Shown in pieces: positions 1 through 13,028 of a DNA stretch of 64,000 bases (positions are counted from its first letter, which is position 1; every line of letters begins with the position of its first letter). The stretch is from Lingula anatina. Taxonomy: Eukaryota; Animalia; Brachiopoda. A model generated the notes under the pieces. The model was not told the origin of the DNA. It saw nothing but the letters and a program-made list of their open reading frames with translations, and ran no database searches. The stretch covers positions 1,922,001-1,986,000 of the forward strand of contig CM120646.1 of NCBI GenBank assembly GCA_051362555.1. The letters are read 5' to 3'. The position numbers were made by a program, and so were the translations under genes.

Positions 1-268
1 CAGCAAAATTATGTTTGAGATTTTATAAGGATCAATCCAAGTTCCCTGCCATATACGATACAAAATTTTCCCCAGATACCTGTACTTCTCCAACTTTGAG
101 ATAATGTCTTTTAACTCTATACGCAGCCTTTGACCTTACTACTCTGATTTCAACGTCTAAAATAAAATAACGGGCACGTAGCCACCCTATGGTTCGTGAA
201 ATAATAATTGAAATACGTTTTAAGCGATATTTACTTACTATTGTGCTCCAGTGATGTATAGAAAATAA

Positions 269-1354
269 TAGAGAGTTTTGGTAAGTCCTTCCGTATGACG
301 TGTAACGTATAGTTCAATACGTAATACGTTTTACGTACGCGAGAAAGCTAGCAGTGGTTTTGGCAGGTCTCACTCCGTATGTGGTTTTTTATAGGCCTAT
401 ATATATGGATTACACGAACATGGGGCTGCTTGTGGATTCTTTTTAGATAGATGAATAATGGAAGATGTTGAATGGAATGTGTTATTTACGTCAATTGATG
501 CTGCAGATCCTGAAAAAAAAATCAACTTAAATTGAATTTGATACTAGAGAGTTTTGGCAAGGCCTTCCGTACGACGTATAACGTGCGACGTCATCACTTT
601 GTGCGTAGTTTTTCTCAAGGACAAGTCATAAGTCATACGGCACTACGTATGAATCGGTGATTACACGTAGGTAAGAAACGTATCGAATTTAATAGATTTA
701 CGCTTATTTCTTTCAAGTTTAACATATTGCAGAGGAATATATAGGGTGTTAAGATTCCACTGAATCACTTTTAGACGCTGTCGGTAGAAATACTCTGTGA
801 AAACAGCTGGAAAAATAGCCAGTCAATCAGTCGTCCGTAGTAGTATCAAATTCAATTTAAGTTGATTTTTTTTCATAAACAACAGGATCTGCGGCATCAA
901 TTGACGTAAATAACACATTCCATTCATCATCTTAATTATTCATCTATCTAAAAAGAATCCACAAGCAGCCCCATGTCCGCATACGGAGTCAGACCTGCCA
1001 AAACCACTGCTAGCTTTCTCGCGTACGTAAAACGTATTACGTATTGAACTATACGTTACACGTCATACGGAAGGCCTTGCCAATTTTTCCAGCTGTTTTC
1101 ACAGAGCATTTCTACCGACAGCGTCTAAAAGTGATTCAGTGGAATCTTAACACCCTATATATTCCTCTGCAGTATGTTAAACTTGAAAGAAATAAGCGTA
1201 AATCTATTAAATTCGATACGTTTCTTACCTACGTGTAATCACCGATTCATACGTAGTGCCGTATGACTTATAACTTGTCCTTGAGAAAAACTACGCACAA
1301 AGTGATGACGTCGCACGTTATACGTCGTACGGAAGGCCTTGCCAAAACTCTCTA
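269..1354. mobile_element. Non-autonomous TIR DNA transposon (TAG...CTA termini, Academ-like) containing a second copy of itself in opposite orientation (545-1083)
   Basis: TIR TAGAGAGTTTTGG(C/T)AAG(G/T)CCTTCCGTA at 269 and 545, inverted at ~1066-1083 (truncated) and ~1328-1354. ATAA on both flanks. The paralogous empty site (gaaaATAAaaacatgc) is at ~11435-11450. Confidence 0.8.
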
Positions 1355-1575
1355 ATAAAAAAAACATGCACCAACTTCGAAAGACTATCGCCTACGTTAT
1401 GCAAGCCTATTTCTGAATACCAAATTGTTAAAATGAACAAGAAATTTCCAGTAACAATTCTATCGTAAGTTGAAATAAATCTGATAGGTGCTGTATAGTA
1501 GTTTACGCTGTCCATACATAATTAATGATAGGCCTACTTACAGTTGGTAGATATAATAGAAATGGATAACCAGTA

Positions 1576-3002
1576 CACTGTAAAAACAGTGTTTAGCTCT
1601 GAGACACATTTCTAAGCGCCTGTTTTGTCTCATTTTTTCCACGCGTTTAGCACCTAAGCACGTTTAGCCTATTAAACATGTTACACACTTTGACGCGCTT
1701 CACGCCTAATAAATGTAGGGTGTATTTGTTTAACTTTAAGGTTATAACGTTTTCAACTGTTTCAGTCACTCTCTCTCTCACACACACGCGCGCGCGCGCG
1801 AAGTCACGGTAACCTTTAACTGCTATAGCTATCTCTGTCTATAACAGGGTACCGTGAACTGTCAACATGGTTGATTCACACCATCATCTTTACAGCGGGA
1901 CTTATTCATCCTTGTGTTAGCTGACCTTGCGAGGAAGTTAATTGGAATATATTTCTGAAAAACAAGTTAGGAAAATTCCCTAGTTTACTAAAGACACGAA
2001 ACAACTACCACTTTTACTTTAAAACATTTTTTTCATATTTTGATAAAATGCGTTAAGGTATTGATGTTCATTTATTTTTTCCGGAAGCAATGAACAATAG
2101 AACATCAAGATGATGGTGGGTATTCATTATAATGGTTTATTTAAGCTTTCATCACATGCTGGTTATTTTGGTAACGATAGTCCGAATATTTTTCAAATCG
2201 CACCGCTCTAGTCGCCAACTAACCCAAGCCCATTTTGGAATTAACCGCTAACTGTAGTTCATACAGCATAAGACGTGTTTTGGTGATTAATAAAAAAATG
2301 TTTTCAAAACATTAAATAATGTTTTTCCAGAATGTTATAAAACACTTATAAAACTGCAAGGGCATCATTTTGCATGGAGTTAAAAACACCCATAACGTTA
2401 CCATGACGTTATTCTATACCATCACCATCATGTAACCAGCTGATAACGTCGTGAAAACGTTATTTGTTATTTGGATTATTACTTAATAGGCCTATTTTAA
2501 ATAATCACACGTTACTGCAAGGAAGGACACAACGCTTTCGAGCAGGCTGCTTCTCGCCTCCAACAGCCCCATATGTTTACAAGGGGAAGTGTTAAGCAAA
2601 AATGTTGAGTCTTGTAATAAACTTGTTATGGGATCGTATATATAAGATTGTGAAGCATTTTTTTTCTGTGACCAGCTTGAAAAGCTAAACATGTTGTTTA
2701 GAAGCTCCACGCGTTAAGGAATTCCACACCTATAGCAGCTCCATATGTTTAGCAGCCTTACGCGCTTAGCAGTGGAAGTGCTTAGCCAATGTGCTTAGCT
2801 TGTGATAGACTTGTTATAGAATCATATGCCGGTGAAGCTAAACACATAGCTAAACGTGTAACAATGCCAACGTGTCTAGCTTTTTCTTCTGTGAAACGTT
2901 TGAAAAGCTATACGCGTTAAGCATTTACACAGATTTGTAAATGCGTATAGGTGCCTAACGTGTGTTGTATGTATTTAAATGCTAAACACTGTTTTTACAG
3001 TG
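1576..3002. mobile_element. Non-autonomous EnSpm/CACTA-like DNA transposon, 1427 bp
   Basis: Perfect 22-bp TIR CACTGTAAAAACAGTGTTTAGC, TA target duplication, and many subterminal ACGCGTTTAGC-like repeats. The empty site ggataaccagTAgtttacggtc is seen at ~11645-11666. Confidence 0.88.
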
Positions 3003-3456
3003 TAGTTTACGGTCTTCAGTCTCAGTCTTGTAATGAATGAAGCAAGCAGTTACTAGTATTTAACATGAAATTCACTTCTACCCAACAAACTAAGTGTTTT
3101 TGCAAGCATCCGGAAATGATGATACTTTTTAAGCGATCTGTAGGTTAACGAGCATTATTGCTTTGTCAGATCGCGCATTCTGTGGTAGACAAACCCACGT
3201 ATCTTTCAAACCATGACAGTCAGCTTTTAGGATGGTAGTGCTCTTTGTTTGAGTCAGTTTTGATGCATAATTATTATAGCGGTTGCAAAAACCAATTCAA
3301 TCATTTAGAAGCTTTGAACAGTTAGGTGGCTTTACATCATTATTTTTTTCTCAAAGCATTCTCAATCCTTAAAGATACAGAGTTAACAAACCGCATATAT
3401 TGACACGTTTCTTGATAAGTTTCAAAGTGTTATTATTATTAATATTATAATAATTA

Positions 3457-3668
3457 TTATTATTATCTGTTGAAGTTACACGCATCTCATCTCAGTCACA
3501 TTATTATTATTATCATTATTATCCGTTGAAGTTACACGTATCTCATCTCAGTCACATTATTATTATTATCATTATTATCCGTTGAAGTTACACGTATCTC
3601 ATCTCAGTCACATTATTATTATTATTATTATCCGTTGAAGTTACATGTATCTCATCTCAGTCACATTA
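3457..3668. repeat. Minisatellite, 4 units of ~53-56 bp
   Basis: The unit (ATT)n-ATCCGTTGAAGTTACACGTATCTCATCTCAGTCAC is repeated head-to-tail four times. Confidence 0.9.
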
Positions 3669-3800
3669 CTATTAGTAGTAGTAGAAGTAGGAGGAGGAGG
3701 AAAGTCTCTTCTCTGCCGACCCAGCATAAACTCCTGGAGCTTGCAGTTTCTAGACTGAAAGTTTAATTTCATATTTATGTATTCATTTATTCATTCACCT

Positions 3801-3838
<38 letters not shown>

Positions 3839-4883
3839 GTGTGTTTGTTGAATTATCACTGTGGCTGAAAGCATTATCTTGAATACAGATGCTTTGGTAT
3901 AAAACGCGGCTGTCTTTCCATTAGATAATGTTCTTTTCCTCTTTGGAGTGCAGTATTTGTTCAGGATGTTTTAAAGGTATTAAGGAGTCCATCCTATTGT
4001 AGGTAGAAGATCTTTTTTTTTGGATCTTTTGTGTGTAGCATGAAAATTGTTCCATTGCTGGCTTCACTCTTGTTATTCTTAGAAGGCGGTGTGAATGTTT
4101 GTATTGGTAAAATAAAAACAAATGTACATGCAGATTTATTTGCCTTCAGTGATTGGTGGACATCTTGGTGACTTTCATCTTGCACCCGTCATCAGGATTC
4201 GTTATATACCTCTTTGCTTTGTGAAAAGTCGAACCGAGCCAGGACTTAATAATAAAAGGAGTTTACCGCAAGAACAGTAAGGCACACGCACAACAAATGG
4301 GCCAAAAACGGTTTCAAACACTGATAGAAAACGCGCGTGGATTAATATAACTGCAACATTCAAGAAGTGAGAGATCATTATCGTCCAATAAACCGAGTGT
4401 TTTGTGCAGTGATGTTTTTAAGTTAGGCGCTTATCCAGGTACACGTGTTGGTGATGCATATATTCTAATTATGTGGAGAAAAACAAAGTTTTTTTTTTTC
4501 AAATAATTAATGGCTGTCAGTTTTTAGAAAGTTTCAGTGACTTTTGTTTGGGATAACTTTGACGCTTAATTATTATAGTGGTTGCAAAAAACATTCAATC
4601 ATTCGTACGTTTTTAAAAAGTAATGCCCTTTTGCATCATGCTTTCTTTTATTTTGGCTTTTGGTAAATAAATGTACTGTCAACTAGTAGTATTAGTTCGA
4701 GAAATTCCATTTTTCCATATTTCATGTAAGACCGATGATAACAATTCTGCATTAGGCAAAAAAGTTTAAGGATTTTTGCAGCAAAGTTCCAATTTTTTCT
4801 TTTCAATAGTCAGAATGCCGATGGTACTAGCCCTGTATCTTATAGTGAGGACGCTTATGCAAAATTTAATTCCGGACAAGATC

Positions 4884-4889
4884 TTTATT
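4884..4889 (-). terminator. Putative polyadenylation signal of peptide gene A
   Basis: AATAAA in the context ttctgtatgcAATAAAg, which is conserved with gene B (15273-15278) and gene C (37020-37025). Confidence 0.6.
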
Positions 4890-5576
4890 GCATACAGAAA
4901 TGGTTTCAAAGAATAAGGCAGGAGAGCACTTAGAGAGAAGCTATATGGGAAATACAGACTCGTGACAATAAAATAGGTAAATGTTTCTGAATATCATGCA
5001 TTGCAAGCAAAATAATGACGATTTTACTTAGATACATCTAGTTGTCAGCAATTCCAGATCAATTTAAGCATTTGCGTCCATGCCCGTATACGTCTTACTT
5101 TGGGCATTGCTCTAGTGTCTGAAAAAAAAGAGTTGGTTTAGAAAATGAACAGGAATGAATTGGTATCATAGACGAAAATATACTTAGATATTTTTGATTT
5201 TAATTTGCAATGGTTGACAATCATGGCTCTGGGGAAGATACTTTGAATTTACCTGAAATTGCAGTTTACCATGATTTGATTGTAGTTCAATTGGACGGAA
5301 GCTAAAAAGACGTACATGTATAATGTTAGGAGTTAACAATTAAGACAGAACATTGCTTTTTGTCTTGATCAAGAGCGCAAATTGTCAATGTCCTACTAAA
5401 TTCCGTTTGCCTTTTTTCAATTTCCCATAAAGCTGTGAGTTTCATTCAGGGAATTTAACAAATATGATGTAATACGAAATACAAATGTTAAATGAGGAAA
5501 TGCAGAATTCAGTATGTCAAAGGTGAGACACGTATTATTCTTGCAGTCCCTCCTTACCTGTCTCCAGATCTCTGGA

Positions 5577-6824
5577 TTATATCTCTGGATCAGCGTCCCT
5601 CACTGACCGTGTGTTTGTACACGTGCACTTTCTTGCTATCTTTGCATTTGACAAAAACCAATATCTGAAATATGTAAATTTATATGTGTAAGTTACCCTT
5701 TCAGGGTTTTATTTAAGTGGACGACAAAAATGTCGAGTGAAGCCAGGAAAACAAAACCATATTTGAGGACAATTTACTATTATCTGTGGGGCGCAGGTTT
5801 GGATAAATGATTTGTCTCAATCTTTGTTGTTTTGGAGAAAGAAAAGAAGTAAGGAACTATTGAAGGGCGTGGTCCCGCTGGGCTACCCCGTTGTCAATCA
5901 GCGCTTATATCCATTGAGTTGCGCTCAAAATGTTAAAACATTGAAATGTAAAAGCAAAATCAATGTTTACGTGGAAGTTGGATTGTCGATTGAAAAGAAT
6001 AGTGATGGGAGAGAGCAGCATAAAATGTGTAAAACAGCATAAAACAGCATAAGTCCATAGAATACGTACATAAAATCACTTAATTGTCTGCCGCAGTCAC
6101 GTCGGCACCCTCCATCACAGGCACAGCCGAAAATATTACATCCGCCGTATCCGCAATATGGAGTCCCCCTAAGGGCAAAAATCACACATCAATATACATG
6201 TTAAACAATACAGCGCAAAATGCAGTGCATTCGTTTTATTTCTCATGTAGAGGGCAACCAAAAATCGACGTTTTGGCAAGTAAGGGCCTTTTTAATTTTT
6301 TTTTTAATTTTTGGCTACGTCAGTAATGTAGGGTTGTATTTAAGCCTTGTGTACTTGTATGTTGACAATAAGGAGAAAATGTTGCAAAGTTGAGTTTCAC
6401 ATTCTGTCGGAAAAAACTACAAAAGTTAACTAAGAAATTTAATGTACGGTTTCTCAAATGTTTATGGTTTAATTGCCAATTAATATGACACGTTATGCTC
6501 GATAAGAAGTATCGTTACAGCTGGTTTTAAAACGCACACTGTTACTTTATTTAAAGTGAAAAATTCCACCAGGTCGCTTCTACACATGTAAAAGCCCTAT
6601 TCATTCATAACAGATAGTGTACCTTGTATTATGAATCAAGAATTTTTTCATTCAAATGATTAAAAAAAACAAAATAATACATAAAGTCAGACTAAAATAC
6701 CTACCTCGGCGCAGTCTGCGCAGAACTTATGGGTCACTTTTTTACAACAAACAGATTCAGTTTCTTCAATCAGAGTGGATGTTAAAAATATTGCCACCAG
6801 AAATCCAGCCAAAGTCCCTACCAT
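5577..6824 (-). pseudogene. Mytimycin/Diedel-like 12-Cys secreted peptide, copy A (1-nt frameshift as assembled)
   Basis: Exons 6824-6705, 6168-6070 and 5664-5577, all with GT-AG boundaries matching copy B. Repaired protein: MVGTLAGFLVAIFLTSTLIEETESVCCKKVTHKFCADCAE/GTPYCGYGGCNIFGCACDGGCRRDCGRQLSDF/IYWFLSNAKIARKCTCTNTRSVRDADPEI*. Exon 2 is 99 nt versus 98 nt in B because of an extra G in the G-run at the acceptor. A non-coding last exon starts at 5118. Confidence 0.8.
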
Positions 6825-6892
6825 CTTCTGAAATTTAAAACGAAAAATAATGTCATAGTCAAAGGTTTAGAGAACAGATTATGGTATGATCA

Positions 6893-8239
6893 AAGTACCA
6901 TTGCTCTGGAAGACGGCGTCTATCATCCCGGTACCAAAATCCAACCGAGTTACCAGCTTAAACGATCTCAGACCCGTGGCTCTGACTCCGGTGCCCATGA
7001 AAATTTTAGAAAAATTAGTTTTAAATTTTATTAAAGAAATTGTGCCAAAAACCTTGGACCCACTGCAATTCGCTTATCGATCTAACAGAAATGTTGAAGA
7101 TGCAGTTAATCTGTGCCTACACACTGTACTACAACACTTAGATAACAAAAACTCTTATGCAAGGATTTTATTTATTGACTACAGTTCAGCTTTTAACACA
7201 ATTGTGCCAAAAAAACTATATTTGAAACTTTTAAACCATCTTAAGCTACCTGTTTTTATTTGTGACTGGATTTTAGACTTTCTTTTAGATAGAAGACAAT
7301 CTGTTAAAGTCGGCTCATTTAGCTCAAAAATAACAGTCTTAAATACCGGTGCACCACAGGGATGCGTCCTTTCACCTTGTCTTTACTCCCTTTTTACTTA
7401 CGATTGCACTAGTGTAAGCGATGGGACTTTTCTCATGAAATTTGCGGACGATACTACGCTGGTGGGGCTAGTCACTGATAATGACGAGAGTACATATAGA
7501 GAATCTGTTGAGTCGTTGTTAAGCTGGTGCGAGAGTTATGACCTTATCTTGAACGTAGCTAAAACCAAAGAAATGATAGTGGATTTTAGAAGGAATCAGA
7601 ATGTAAAGGTACCACTCACCATTGGTAATGATGAAGTTAGTAGGGTAGAGGAATTTAAACTACTTGGTATACACCTTAACAGTAAATTGAATTGGAAAGA
7701 TAACACCGTAAAGAGTGTAAAGAAGGCACGGCAAAGACTGTATTTTTTAAGATCATTGAGAACTTTTACTGATAGTGTGCCTATTTTAGTCAATTTTTAT
7801 AGGTGTGTAATTGAAAGCATTCTAGCGTACGGAATTATAATATGGTATAGCGGAACAGCTGGGGAGGAAAGGAAGAAATTAGCAAACGTTGTAAAAACTG
7901 CAAGCAGGATTATCGGACAAGATCTCCCCAAGCTGGATGATATTTTTAAGGACAGGATGGAGAAAAGAATTGTCAACACCATGAAAGACGCTTTCCATCC
8001 TGCATCCTCTCTTTTTACTTTTTTACCAAGCAACAGTAGACTTTTAACTTTTAAAGGCAGTAAACGCTTTTTAAACAGCTTTTATCCAAGTGCAGTGACG
8101 CATTTTAATTTGATCTCAAAGCTAAATTCTTAATTTATTTATTTATTATTTTATTATTTTACTCTGTATATTGCTCCAATGGAAAATGATTTCCGATTTT
8201 TATAATTGGCTAAATAAACTCTTATCTTATCTTATCTTA
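6893..8239 (+). mobile_element. 5'-truncated Rex1/Babar-type LINE with uninterrupted reverse transcriptase ORF (6886-8133)
   Basis: RT motifs LDPLQFAYR, ARILFIDYSSAFNTI, GAPQGCVLSP and FADD. 3' UTR has AATAAA followed by a (TCTTA)n tail. The element is absent from the paralogous site at ~17295-17310. Confidence 0.92.
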
Positions 8240-8553
8240 TACGGCAATCTTAATAAATTATTGGACATAAATTTTGAGTAGACAAAGGAACTCGAAAAGC
8301 GATGCATGGCGACAACGTGCTTTGACCTGTCAAGCAGCGAATTTCAATGACAAGTACAAGTCCATGGGTTTCCATTCATTGATTTATTTCAATCTGCTTT
8401 TGATAACACTTATTTTGTTATTGTTAACACTATTTAACTATATATACGTTATAAAAATCAATTGATTAAGTGTGATATTCAATTCTAAAGAAATTGATAA
8501 TGATTTTAATGTAATGGTGATTTAAAGATTTTAAAAATCCGCAATAGGAATGT

Positions 8554-10583
8554 TAGAAAAAAGACGGGAACAACAGAGTTCTTCAATATCATGACGGGTG
8601 TCAGACATGGGTGCATTTTATCGCCTTTTTTATTCCTGATGGTGGTAGATTTTGTGATGAGAAAGGCTACAGAAGAAGATGGAACCGGTGTTAATTGGGT
8701 AAACAGAAGTGAACTGAATGATCTAGACTTCGCAGACGACATCGCCTTGCTGGCAAAGGATGAAAATGGCCTACAACAACTAACGTCCAATCTGGAAAGA
8801 GCAGCTCGAAAATTTAGATTGAGAATTAGCAGTGAAAAGACCAAAATGATGTAAGTGGGAGCTAGAAACATTACACCAATAAATGTTGGGACTAAACCTG
8901 TTGAGGAAGTAACGCAATTCACATACTTACGAAGCCTGATAAACAGGAATGGTGATGCTGAAATGGATGTCAAAAGCAGGGTCGGTAAAGGAGCCACAGT
9001 GTTTAGAAGAATGAACAATATCTGGAAATCGACATCAATAAGCACACAGCTGAAGATACGCCTTTATAAAGCAGTAGTACTACCAACTGTACTTTATGCT
9101 AGCGAAACATGGAAAAGCACTGTGAAAGTGGACAAAAGACTGGATCATGGCCAGAAATGTGCAGCATCAGCCCATTGCCAAGTAGTGTTAGTTCATGGTA
9201 ACAAGCGTCTGATATGTGCAGAGAAGTTTATTATTATAATATATATTGTTCTTATTGTTACATTATTAAATCTAACTCTGTATCCAAGTAGTAACTATAA
9301 TGTACCAAGTCAGGTACTGATGATGTACAGAGGTCATATATTCCAGAATAAGCCATTACCACTGATTTATAACTTTCATTTTTGTTGAATATGTTATTCA
9401 TGAAAGAGTTCATGAAAGACTATTTTAATTTGTTAAATCGTGATCTTATTCTTTTTATATTGAAATAATTGAATACTGTGTGTAAAATTGGTCTTCCACT
9501 TCTTATTTGCATTTTTCCTTTACTACAAGATTATTTTGGAACAGTTGCAGCAATAAAAATTTTAATAAATAGCAATCTGAAAGAAGAATTTTGCATAATT
9601 ATTAAATGATGATAGGAATTTTGGATTAAGAGATTAGTTAAATACTGAGTAGTGATATTGTCAGTCAATTTATGTAGAATCTGATAATATGATTGAAAAT
9701 ACTGATTGAATTCTTGGCCTTGCACTGGGCAGTTTTACATTTGTGCCAAGTGCTCTTTTTGGACTCCATTGTACAGTGGTAAAAAATCTTCAATTGCCAT
9801 GAAATTTTTTAATCAGACTCTGTATGTTACTGCTATCAGCTGGTGCTATCGGCAACGAATTAATTTCCCTTTGTTTCTAAGTGAATCTACCGTCTAAAAT
9901 CACTATTACTGAAAATATTTGCGTTTTGCTGAGGGTATTCTAGGCAATATACGGCAAACTTCTTAGTACGTGTGTAAACAGAATTTTTTTAAAAACCCTA
10001 GCGATATTTGGTCAGGAGTTGCTTGAAGCATAGCACAGCATTTCTGTCTATCGGCATCAGGCCGTTAGTTTGTCAATTCTCACGAATTACCCACGAATCG
10101 CGAACCCATTCATCTTCCTATGGCAATCTAGCAACTCATTAAAAATGCACGCATGCGCAGTGGGCTAGGCGTGACGTCATGCAGTGCATTTCTGGGGATG
10201 GTTTTTCATCAGAGGTGCCTACGTCGTAAAATGAAGATCTCATGCAGAGACCATATCACCAATGAAGAAGTGCTTAGGAAGGCAAAGTCAAGACCATTGC
10301 ATGAAACAGTCACCATTCGTCGGATAAAATTGGCAATTGGCAGGCCACATCATTCGACTACCAGCTGAGGGTCATGCACAAACTGCTATGACTTGGGTAC
10401 CACCAGGAGGCAAGTGCAAACGAGGTAGACCGAGGATATATCCTGGAGGAAATCCTTCCAGAATGATCTGCAAAGAGGCAACATCAGGTGGGAGGAGATA
10501 GAGAGGGCCGCTGCCGACCGAACAAGTTGGAGAAAGTTTGCCGCCCAATGCCCTACGTTGGACAGGAGGACCTAAGACTAAGA
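8554..10583 (+). mobile_element. Degenerate 5'-truncated RTE-clade LINE, split by an insertion at 9146-10200
   Basis: GVRHGCILSPFLF, LDFADDIALL, KIRLYKAVVLPTVLYASETW and FHQRCLRR motifs, with stops and frameshifts. Ends in (CTAAGA)2. Confidence 0.88.
9146..10200. mobile_element. Non-autonomous TIR element (CAT..CCAGAAATG termini), copy 1
   Basis: Starts CATGGCCAGAAATGTGCAGCAT and ends ATGCAGTGCATTTCTGGGGATG. It interrupts the RTE at actggat|gtttttc, which is intact at ~18358-18371. Confidence 0.8.
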
Positions 10584-11622
10584 ACAGGGATATAGTTCTG
10601 ACTAATGTCAATTTTTTTTGTTTGAAAATGAACGATCTTATGAATTCAATCTCACAAGAACTATTCTTGCAAATCTGCCGCAAATTTACAAGAAGTTCCT
10701 TGAAATATACCGAAAACTCTTAATAACTGTTGTTGTTGTTGTTTTGAGAAGCCTAACTCAAAAACATATGGATGGATTTTAGAGACAGTTATCTGAATAG
10801 GTCAGAAATGGGATAATCTAAGCGTGATTAGATTTTTGTGATGACTTATTGTTAATTATTAATTACTTGTCTTCGCAGAGGTCATCAGATTTTGTGTATA
10901 TGAACATGAAGATGCCTTATTAAACCACACTGAAAATCAAACCACAAGCACCCAAAAGATCAAATATTATATTTCTTACAACCTTCAATGCTAATATTAA
11001 TTGGATGTGTATTCAATGCCAATCTTGGTATGAAATCAAGTCTGACTGAAATCTGTTGACCCCAACATTATCAATCATTTTCTTTTTTTTTGGGGGGGGG
11101 GGGGGGTGGGGGGCGAACAGTTGAATACCGATTCCTTGTGAAACAAATCCTGAAAGGAACTATTGTGGTCCCGACAGCAAAATTATGTTTGAGATTTTAT
11201 TAGGATCAATCCAAGTTCCCTGCCATATACGATACAAAATTGTCCCAAGATACCTGTACTTCTCCACCTTTGATATAATGTCTTTTAACTCTATACGCAG
11301 CCTTTGACCTTACTACTCTGATTTCAATGTCTAAAATAAAATGACGAGTATGTAACCACCCTATGGTTCGTGAAATAATAATTGAAATACGTTTTAAGCG
11401 ATATTTACTTACTATTGTGCTCTAGTGATGTATAGAAAATAAAAACATGCACCGACTTCGAAAGACTATCGACTACGTTATGCTAGCCTATTTCTGAATA
11501 CCAGATTGTAAAAATGAGCAGGATATCACCAGTAACAATTCTATCCTAAGTTGAATTAAATCTAATAGGTGTTGTATAGGCCTAGTGGTTTACGCTGTCC
11601 ATACATAATGAATAATACTTAC

Positions 11623-11716
11623 AGTTGGTAGATATAATAGAAATGGATAACCAGTAGTTTACGGTCTTCAGTCTTCAGTCTTTTAATGAATGAAGCAAGC
11701 AGTGACTAGTATTTAA
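11623..11716 (-). promoter_or_regulatory. Candidate core promoter and non-coding first exon of gene A
   Basis: On the minus strand: TTAAATA (11716-11710), TCATT initiator-like motif ~28 nt downstream, a ~65-nt exon, then a GTAAGTAT donor at 11622. The ATG of gene A is 3 nt after a tttcAG acceptor, which implies an upstream exon. Confidence 0.55.
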
Positions 11717-12083
11717 CATGAAATTCACTTCTACCCAACAAACTGAGTGTTTTTCCAATCATCCAAGAATGATGGTACTTTTTAAGCGTTGTTAGCATCT
11801 GATATGTTAATAAGCATTATTGCTTTGTCAGTGCGCGCATTCTGTGGTAGACAAACACACGTTTCTTTCAAACCATGACAGTCAGTTTTTAGGATGGTAG
11901 CGCTCTTTGTTTGAGACGGCTTTAACACATAATTACTATAGCGGTTCCAATAATAAATTCAATCATTTGGAAGCTTTAAACGGGTAGGAGGCTTTACATT
12001 ATTTTTCTCAAAGCGTAGTCAATCCTTATAGAGATACAAAGTTAACAAACATCTTATATTGATAGGTTTATTGATATGTTTCA

Positions 12084-12120
<37 letters not shown>

Positions 12121-12841
12121 GAAGTTGCACATCATATTATGTGATGGTACATAGTTAGACGTGTTAAACTTTGGTGTCAACAAGACTACTCAAACCTCAA
12201 GTACTTCCGTAGAACTCTCGCAGTGTGTAGCACTGTGGTCTGTTGAAGTTACACACACTGGACAATAGAAGTGTCACCCCTAATGAACCAATACTTTGGG
12301 GGAGATAAATGACTGTGGAATGATATGCTCCTGGTATCATTTTATTAACATAAAATTTCACAAAAGAAACTGCTCTGACTGAACTATTAAACTGTATCTA
12401 AATTCGGACATTGCTTATATTCCGCCTCTTCAGGTTAATAACCATGATTACTCTGATCCAGGGGGTGACACGTCTATTGTCCAGTGTGTGCACACGCATC
12501 TCACCTCCGTTAGAAATGTACATGTACCTGACTGCAAGTTTACGTATAGGTCTGTGTGATTACGTTTTCGTTGAACAGTAATGAATGTACAGCCAACGCT
12601 GTAGACGTTAATGCAAGAGCACACGTATTTTTCAAACCATGACAGGCAGTTTTTAGGATGGTAGCGCATTTTGTTTGAGACATCTTTGATGCATAATTAT
12701 TATAGTGGTTGCAAAACCCAATTCAATCATTTAGAAGCTTCGAACAATTAGGAGGCTTTACATCATTATTTCATCTCAAAGCATTGTCAATCCTTAAAGA
12801 TATAGAGTTAACAAACCGCTTATATTGATAAGTATTGATAC

Positions 12842-12842
<1 letters not shown>

Positions 12843-12875
<33 letters not shown>

Positions 12876-12940
12876 GGAAATGTTTTCTCTGCCGACCCAG
12901 CAGAAATGCATACGTTACTATGTGTTCATTTATTCATTTA

Positions 12941-12978
<38 letters not shown>

Positions 12979-13028
12979 GGTATGTGTGTGTGTGTGTGTG
13001 TGGGTATGTGTGTGTGTGTGTGTGTGTG
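12843..13028. repeat. (ATT)n and (GT)n microsatellites
   Basis: Read directly. Paralogous tracts occur at ~3805, 23033-23168 and 30137-30246. Confidence 0.9.

Noticed and set aside
3457-3668. Regularly spaced ~35-bp repeats resembling a CRISPR array
   Set aside because: The spacers are just (ATT)n, not unique sequence, the context is eukaryotic and there are no cas genes.
6886-6892. ATG of the 415-aa RT ORF as a domesticated gene start
   Set aside because: The ATG comes from flanking host sequence joined to a 5'-truncated LINE. There is no endonuclease domain and no evidence of expression.
8506-9045. 179-aa and 183-aa (17749-18300) minus-strand ORFs
   Set aside because: They are antisense shadows of the RTE reverse transcriptase fragment.
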